Shown here one piece after another: positions 58,814 through 64,000 of a stretch of DNA of 64,000 nt. Made by a program: the position numbers and the translations under genes. Origin of the DNA: an uncultured Dehalococcoidales bacterium (lineage in GTDB: Bacteria; Chloroflexota; Dehalococcoidia; Dehalococcoidales; G020351185); assembly GCA_964354125.1 (NCBI GenBank), contig CAYGXW010000001.1, positions 22,474 through 86,473 of the forward strand, in the 5' to 3' direction. Each line of letters opens with the position of its first letter. Position 1 is the stretch's first letter. A model generated the notes under the pieces. The model did not search any database. It saw only the letters and a program-made list of their open reading frames with translations, and was not told the origin of the DNA.

Positions 58814-58902
58814 AGACTCCTCAAATATTGTCTAAGGCTTTGCCCCTTTTTGAGCTCTCCCCTATTGTCTCCCTCTCCTATATCTATATATTTATATTTC
58901 CA

Positions 58903-58921
58903 CTTCCCTTGCTAAGGGAAG
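58903..58921. repeat. third, related hairpin (inverted copy of the copy-A hairpin-1 type)
   Basis: CTTCCCTT-GCT-AAGGGAAG. The loop GCT is the complement of the AGC loop at 55227-55229. Confidence 0.55.
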
Positions 58922-58940
58922 GGGGTTAGGGGAATGGATT

Positions 58941-59552
58941 TCAAAACTCCTGCCTGCCCTCAAGGGCGTGGGTCAGGGTGACATCGTCGGCATATTCCAG
59001 TTCGGTGCCGAAGGGAAGCCCACGAGCTAAGAGTGTAACCCTGATGCCCAGGGGTGAGATGAGTTTATTGAGATACATAGCGGTAGTTTCCCCCTCAAGG
59101 GTGGGGTTGGTGGCTAAAATTACCTCATCTATATGGCTACCTTTTAGCCGTCCTAGGAGCTCCTTGATTCTTATATCTTCGGTGCCGACTCCCTCGGTGG
59201 GGGAGATGGCGCCGTGCAGTACATGGTACAGCCCTTTATAGGCTCCTATATGCTCTAGAGCCAGGATATCCTGGGGCTGTTCCACGATGCATATTTTATT
59301 CTTATCCCGCTCATAGCTGTTACAAATGGGGCAGATTTCAGAGTCGGTGATATTAAAACAACTGGAGCATAGCTTGGTCTTTTGCCTTAAAGATAGTATA
59401 GCTTCAGCCAGGGTTTTGGCTTGTTCACTGGGGGCGCGGAGAAGGTAATAAGTCAGCCGCTGAGCGCTTTTGGGACCAATACCAGGTAGCTTTGATAGTT
59501 CCTGGATGAGCTTGCTTACCGAGTCAGCGGTGGTCGCCGGATTCAGATCCAA
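58941..59552 (-). CDS. recR: recombination protein RecR
   Basis: Contains [12 protein letters not shown] (HhH), a C4 zinc finger ([16 protein letters not shown]) and a Toprim domain. Confidence 0.95.
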   Translation of the reverse strand: MDLNPATTADSVSKLIQELSKLPGIGPKSAQRLTYYLLRAPSEQAKTLAEAILSLRQKTKLCSSCFNITDSEICPICNSYERDKNKICIVEQPQDILALEHIGAYKGLYHVLHGAISPTEGVGTEDIRIKELLGRLKGSHIDEVILATNPTLEGETTAMYLNKLISPLGIRVTLLARGLPFGTELEYADDVTLTHALEGRQEF

Positions 59553-59569
59553 TTTTAGCTCTCCTTAAC

Positions 59570-59878
59570 CTAATCAGTAATTCCCGGGATCTTGATGCCG
59601 CCGGTTAGCTTGCTGAGGTGTTTATCAGCTAGCTTTCTTGATTTATCTAGGGTATCGGTTACTGCTTTGAGCACCAGCTTTTCCAGTTGGGCTGATTTTT
59701 TGGGGTCTATAACCTCGGGTGATATTTTAATGGATAGTATTTTTTGCTGACCACTGGCGGTAACCTTAACCGCCCCATTCCCTGATTCTGCTTCAACGGT
59801 CATTTTGGCTAGCTCTTTTTGAGTCTTCTCCAGCTTGGATTTGAGTTCTAGGGCTTGTTTTACCATAGAAAGGTTCAT
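59570..59878 (-). CDS. ybaB: nucleoid-associated protein YbaB/EbfC
   Basis: 102 aa in the conserved dnaX-ybaB-recR arrangement. Contains GNGAVKVTASG and a C-terminal LTGGIKIPG. Confidence 0.85.
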   Translation of the reverse strand: MNLSMVKQALELKSKLEKTQKELAKMTVEAESGNGAVKVTASGQQKILSIKISPEVIDPKKSAQLEKLVLKAVTDTLDKSRKLADKHLSKLTGGIKIPGITD

Positions 59879-61455
59879 TTTTCCTCCATGTCAATAATTT
59901 GAGCGCCTATTTTCTGCGCCTCCCGTACTAGGTAATTCTCCTCTGGTTCATAAACGCAACGAACCTGACAGGAATAGCCCATAAAATTACTTATAATCTG
60001 GGCGGTTATTCTCCTGTTTTCCGGTTCCTCTATCTTCTCCTTATGGTAGGGATATCTGAATGTCAGGATTACGGTGTCACCCTCAAAAGCTACCGGTTGT
60101 ACACCAGCACTTCTGAGGATAGCAACAGCCGGGGTTCTTTTAACCCCTTCCGGGGCTTGCTCAATGACCTGTCTCCAGTTTGATTTTAATTGCTCTAACT
60201 TGTTATCCGTTTCTAGTGGAGTAGCTTCAGCTACTTCTACCGCTGAGGGCGAGACTTCAGCCGGTTCCGGTTCTTTCACCGGTTTTTTCTTTTGTTTGGG
60301 GATAGCTGGTGGTGTGGCTGCCTTCACAGGTTTAATAGGTTCAGGTTCACTATGCTTAACAGGTACTAATTTTTCTTCTGTTGAGGTAAGGGTGCAGTCA
60401 ACTAATGCCAGCTCTAATGGTAAGGTGGAATAATCGTTGAGAACTATCTCAAGATGACCAAAGAGTTTTACCGCTTTTAAGATTTGTTCTGTGGAGGTTC
60501 TGTTGGCTAAATCTTTTAACACAGCTATTTCTTCAGCGGTAAGGTCAAGGTCTTTCTCGCAGCCATTCTTTATAAGTAGTAAACCTCTGAGGTAGGCTAC
60601 CAGTTCCCGGTTGAATTGCTTAAGGTCAATGCCGTCACTGCTTACAGCATTTATTATTTTTATTCCAGCCGAGATATCGTTATTTACAATATGCTCAACC
60701 AGCTCTTTGGCTCGCTCATCACCGGTAACCCCTAAGATAGCCTGAGCCTGGCTCAGCCCAATATCCGAGCCGTAGTAGGCAAAGAGCTTCTCTAAAATAT
60801 TTTCGGCATCCCGAAGGCTACCGGCGGCGCTCTTGGCAATTAGCTTTAGTGCTTCTGGTTCTACATTTATGCCTTCTGAACTACAAATACGGCTCAGTTT
60901 GAGCATAATATCCTTTTGGCTGACGCGACGGAAATCAAAACGCTGGCATCGTGACATAATGGTAGGCAGTACTTTATGGACTTCGGTGGTCGCCAGGATA
61001 AAGATGACATTTGGTGGTGGTTCCTCAAGCGTCTTGAGCAGTGCATTGGATGCATTGATGCTGAGCATGTGGACTTCATCTATAATATAAACCTTATACT
61101 TGGCTTGATTTGGGGCATAACTGACCTTTTCTCGGAGGGCTCTGATATCATCAACGCCGGTGTTTGAGGCGGCATCAATCTCAATGACATCCAGGGCTCT
61201 GCCATCGGTGACTGCCCGGCACATATCACAGGTATTACACGGCTCGCCTTTGCCGTTGGTAAGGCAGTTTATCGCCTTAGCCAGAATACGGCCGGTACTG
61301 GTCTTACCCGTCCCTCTTGGGCCACAAAAAAGATAGGCGTGAGAGACACGTTCACTACTCAGGGCGTTAAGCAATGTTCTGGTTACTTGCTCCTGGCCAA
61401 CGACCTCAGCCAGGGTTTGCGGGCGCCATTTGCGATAGAAGACCTGCGAGTCCAT
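59875..61455 (-). CDS. dnaX: DNA polymerase III subunit gamma/tau
   Basis: Contains FYRKWRPQTLAEVVGQE, GPRGTGKTS, a zinc module (CxxCxxC), IIDEVHML and SRCQRF. Confidence 0.9.
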   Translation of the reverse strand: MDSQVFYRKWRPQTLAEVVGQEQVTRTLLNALSSERVSHAYLFCGPRGTGKTSTGRILAKAINCLTNGKGEPCNTCDMCRAVTDGRALDVIEIDAASNTGVDDIRALREKVSYAPNQAKYKVYIIDEVHMLSINASNALLKTLEEPPPNVIFILATTEVHKVLPTIMSRCQRFDFRRVSQKDIMLKLSRICSSEGINVEPEALKLIAKSAAGSLRDAENILEKLFAYYGSDIGLSQAQAILGVTGDERAKELVEHIVNNDISAGIKIINAVSSDGIDLKQFNRELVAYLRGLLLIKNGCEKDLDLTAEEIAVLKDLANRTSTEQILKAVKLFGHLEIVLNDYSTLPLELALVDCTLTSTEEKLVPVKHSEPEPIKPVKAATPPAIPKQKKKPVKEPEPAEVSPSAVEVAEATPLETDNKLEQLKSNWRQVIEQAPEGVKRTPAVAILRSAGVQPVAFEGDTVILTFRYPYHKEKIEEPENRRITAQIISNFMGYSCQVRCVYEPEENYLVREAQKIGAQIIDMEEK

Positions 61456-61537
61456 CCTCTTGACCCCTATTATACTCTATATTGCCTCATTTCCAAAGAA
61501 GCCATTTAGTTAGCTGATATTAATAATCTGGACCGAT

Positions 61538-61573
61538 TAAAAAAGTCCCCCTCTCGCCTAGAAGAAGGGGACT
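61538..61573 (-). terminator. Rho-independent terminator downstream of the tubulin-like gene
   Basis: On the minus strand the stem AGTCCCC...GGGGACT (61573-61567 and 61550-61544) is followed by TTTTTT (the complement of the A-run at 61539-61544). Confidence 0.7.
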
Positions 61574-61598
61574 AATTTTAGTAGATATAAATTATTAG

Positions 61599-62771
61599 TT
61601 ATAACAGAGTGGGTATGTCTTTGCCTGTCTCTTCTATGGTTTTAAGCTTAGCCTCTACCTCTTTCTGCCTCTGTTTTATGACCGGCACCAGATTGGTAGA
61701 TTTATTATAGTATTGTCTCACCTTTTCCACATCACTGAGTTCAGACAGGATAAGTGTTACATTCAGGACACCGCTTTCTCTTGGATAGTCACCATCCCTT
61801 ATTATGGAATTCGGAGCCAGGTCCTTTAGCCAGTCGCCGAGTTCCTTGACCAGGTCCATATTGATTTCCTTGGCTGGCGCCGACAGGAGATAAAGTGCTC
61901 TGCCGGCATCCTTAGCGTTGCATCTGGTTGATAGCTCGCTTATGGCTTCATCCATTGCCTGAATACCTTTATGGGTTTCGGTGCTTTTTTCCCTGAAGCT
62001 CTTTGCTCCAATTGGCAGCTTGAACCTTTTTAGATGAGACTTGCCATAGCCGATTACAGTCCAGCCCAAAAGGGTCTGTATAATATCTCCAGCATCAAGT
62101 GTCTTGGCACCAACATGCCCGGCTTTTTTCTCTTCACCGGCGCAGAGAAGGTTGTAGAATGGGTCAACTATTAAGGTATTGATTTTAGTCAGGTTGTTCT
62201 TCAGCGAGAAGTCCTTTCGGACGTATCTCTGATTGTCAATGAGAATTACAGCATCAGCCACTGAATAAAGGGATTTAAGGCATACTGCTGTGTTGTAGAC
62301 GGTTCTTTCCTCATTCTCCTCTTCATGCTCAAAGGGAAGAACGGCAAGTCCGTATAATGGTTTGTCTGAATAGCGTTCTTTAATATACTGAGCCATTATT
62401 GGTATTGAACCGGAACCGGTACCACCGGCGGCACCGGCAATCAGCAGAAAGGCATCCGTTTCATAAAATCGTTTGGTTGCCCTGAGGGCGTCAACAACCT
62501 TGTCGGCGTCTTCTCTGGCTATCTCAGCGCCCAGCTCGTTGATCTTACCGACACCGTGACCACCAGTTTTACGACCACCAATAAGTATTCGGTGTTGATA
62601 ATCAGTATTTATTGTTGCCAGCCCGCTTAAATCAGCGGCATCTGTATTAACAGCAAAAACACCCGGAGTTATCTCAATCCCGCGGTGGCTGTGTGCTCTT
62701 CTATTTAATCGGGCAAACTCATCGGCAATACGACTACCACACTGCCCAAAACCGATGACTACTAATTTCAT
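61599..62771 (-). CDS. tubulin/FtsZ-superfamily GTPase, CetZ/tubulin-like rather than canonical FtsZ
   Basis: T1 loop is IGFGQCGSRIADEF (tubulin/CetZ-style GQxG, not the FtsZ GGGGxN). T4 signature is AGAAGGTGSGS. Also has NELGAEIA and a T7-like TLDAGDIIQTL. Length is 390 aa. Confidence 0.7.
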   Translation of the reverse strand: MKLVVIGFGQCGSRIADEFARLNRRAHSHRGIEITPGVFAVNTDAADLSGLATINTDYQHRILIGGRKTGGHGVGKINELGAEIAREDADKVVDALRATKRFYETDAFLLIAGAAGGTGSGSIPIMAQYIKERYSDKPLYGLAVLPFEHEEENEERTVYNTAVCLKSLYSVADAVILIDNQRYVRKDFSLKNNLTKINTLIVDPFYNLLCAGEEKKAGHVGAKTLDAGDIIQTLLGWTVIGYGKSHLKRFKLPIGAKSFREKSTETHKGIQAMDEAISELSTRCNAKDAGRALYLLSAPAKEINMDLVKELGDWLKDLAPNSIIRDGDYPRESGVLNVTLILSELSDVEKVRQYYNKSTNLVPVIKQRQKEVEAKLKTIEETGKDIPTLL

Positions 62772-62879
62772 CTTACAACCTCCATATTCTATATATAAAC
62801 TAGATTAGTTATTTTAATCCTTATATTTTGTCAATGTCAACCTTACCAATGTACCATTAGCAAATTATTATAGTAAAGA

Positions 62880-63893
62880 CTACAGACCTTTATTGGCGAT
62901 GAAGGCAGACAGGTCAGCCAAACGGCAGCAGTAGCCCCATTCATTATCATACCAGGCAAGTATCTTGACCATGTTACCGCCTATAACCATAATACTGGGT
63001 ACATCAATAATAGAGCTGGCGGGATTGCCTTTAAAGTCACTGCTGACCAGGGGTTCCTGGCAGCACTCCAGGATTCCTTTTAACCGTCCCTCGGCGGCTG
63101 ATTGAAAAGCCTTTTTCACCTGCTCAACAGTAACATCTCTATCCAGTTCGGCGACAAGGTCAATAATAGAGACGGTGGTTATTGGCACCCTGAAGGCTAT
63201 GCCATGAAGTTTACCTTCAAGCTCGGGTATTACCTGTCCTATGGCATAGGCGGCGCCGGTGGTAGTCGGTACCAGATTTACTGCCGCCGAGCGGGCACGG
63301 CGCAGGTCTTTGTGGAACATATCCAGAAGTCTCTGGTCGTTGGTATAGGCGTGGACAGTGGTCATCAGTCCCTTTGTTATACCGAAGCTCTGATGTAACA
63401 CCTTGGCTACCGGTGCCAGGGCGTTTGTGGTACAGGAGGCATTGGATATGACATGATGCTTTTTGGGCTTATATTTATCTTCGTTAACGCCGAGAACAAT
63501 GGTAATATCTTCATTCTTAGCCGGGGCTGAGATAAGCACCTTCTTAACACTACCTTGCCGGTGAGCTATCGCCTTGGTGGCGTCGGTGAACTTGCCTGTT
63601 GACTCTATCACTATTTCTACACCATAATCTGACCAGGGAATACTAGCCGGCTCACGCTCTGAGAGCACCTTTATTTCCTTACCATCTACATTGATTGTAT
63701 CGTCGGTGGCTTCTATAGTGCCGGGGTAGGCTCCGTAGGTGCTATCCCATTTAAGAAGGTGAGCATTGGTTTTGGCATCAGTCAGGTCATTAACGGCTAT
63801 TACCTCAAGCTTGCCGCTGTAGTACTGGTTTATCGTCCTCAGCATCAGTCTACCAACCCGCCCGAATCCGTTAATACCAATATGGGTCGCCAT
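62880..63893 (-). CDS. gap: type I glyceraldehyde-3-phosphate dehydrogenase
   Basis: Contains INGFGRVGR, the catalytic SNASCTTN and WYDNEWGY motifs. Confidence 0.95.
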   Translation of the reverse strand: MATHIGINGFGRVGRLMLRTINQYYSGKLEVIAVNDLTDAKTNAHLLKWDSTYGAYPGTIEATDDTINVDGKEIKVLSEREPASIPWSDYGVEIVIESTGKFTDATKAIAHRQGSVKKVLISAPAKNEDITIVLGVNEDKYKPKKHHVISNASCTTNALAPVAKVLHQSFGITKGLMTTVHAYTNDQRLLDMFHKDLRRARSAAVNLVPTTTGAAYAIGQVIPELEGKLHGIAFRVPITTVSIIDLVAELDRDVTVEQVKKAFQSAAEGRLKGILECCQEPLVSSDFKGNPASSIIDVPSIMVIGGNMVKILAWYDNEWGYCCRLADLSAFIANKGL

Positions 63894-64000
63894 TTTATAC
63901 CTCCTCTGTATTACTTTAAAAAGCTGGGTTTTTTAGTTCTTGTTTAATGTATTTTTGCCTTTTGGGGTTGCGTTTAAGCATATCAATGAAGGCTTCGACT

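Noticed and set aside
60283-60293. A-rich tract in dnaX (minus strand CAA AAG AAA AAA CCG) as a possible gamma/tau -1 frameshift or slippage site
   Set aside because: It is not a canonical X XXY YYZ heptamer in frame, because G precedes AAA AAA. I could find no downstream stimulatory hairpin or nearby -1-frame stop arrangement. The run of six A is short for transcriptional slippage.
61456-61598. SRP RNA (ffs/scr), which often precedes dnaX in other bacteria
   Set aside because: The reverse complement of this spacer shows no SRP Alu or S-domain conserved helix motifs. It contains only a terminator hairpin and AT-rich promoter-like sequence.
63934-64000. Short open frame on the minus strand running into the window edge (C-terminal ...VEAFIDMLKRNPKGKNTLNKN*)
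   Set aside because: It is probably the 3' end of the gene upstream of gap. Only about 21 codons are visible, which is too little to identify or to call with confidence.

Overview
This 64-kb window is densely coding and mostly housekeeping. By gene content it looks like a core chromosomal region of a Chloroflexota (Dehalococcoidia-like) bacterium. That assignment is inferred from protein flavour only; no search was run. All functional calls come from motifs I recognise in the supplied translations.

Main blocks:
- Amino-acid biosynthesis: leuB (5'-truncated), cimA, cysK, lysA.
- Replication and repair: holB, ricT-like, HNH, a tandem-duplicated DnaC-like loader, DnaD-like, dnaB, rplI; uvrA; an orphan sbcC; dnaG-rpoD; recO, recR-ybaB-dnaX; nfi; radC.
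- A complete F1Fo ATP synthase operon (atpZ-like, B, E, F, H, A, G, D, C).
- prfB with its programmed +1 frameshift; serS; lysS; ppsA; gap.
- Two tRNAs: Lys-CUU and Ser-UGA.

Observations worth a second look:
1. An AT-rich two-gene insertion lies between tRNA-Ser and serS. It encodes a PD-(D/E)xK-fold protein and an AbiJ/HEPN-like protein, and is a candidate defence locus.
2. A tubulin-superfamily protein looks CetZ/tubulin-like rather than FtsZ-like.
3. A zinc-finger protein carries two complete DnaC/IstB-type AAA+ modules in tandem.
4. A double-hairpin intergenic element recurs upstream of serS and recO, with compensatory stem changes between the two copies.
5. An unannotated 36-codon hydrophobic ORF sits inside the atp operon.
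6. Several genes have an archaeal flavour: a short ThyA-like protein and a SipW/ER-type signal peptidase.

No CRISPR array, rRNA, transposase or integrase was seen.
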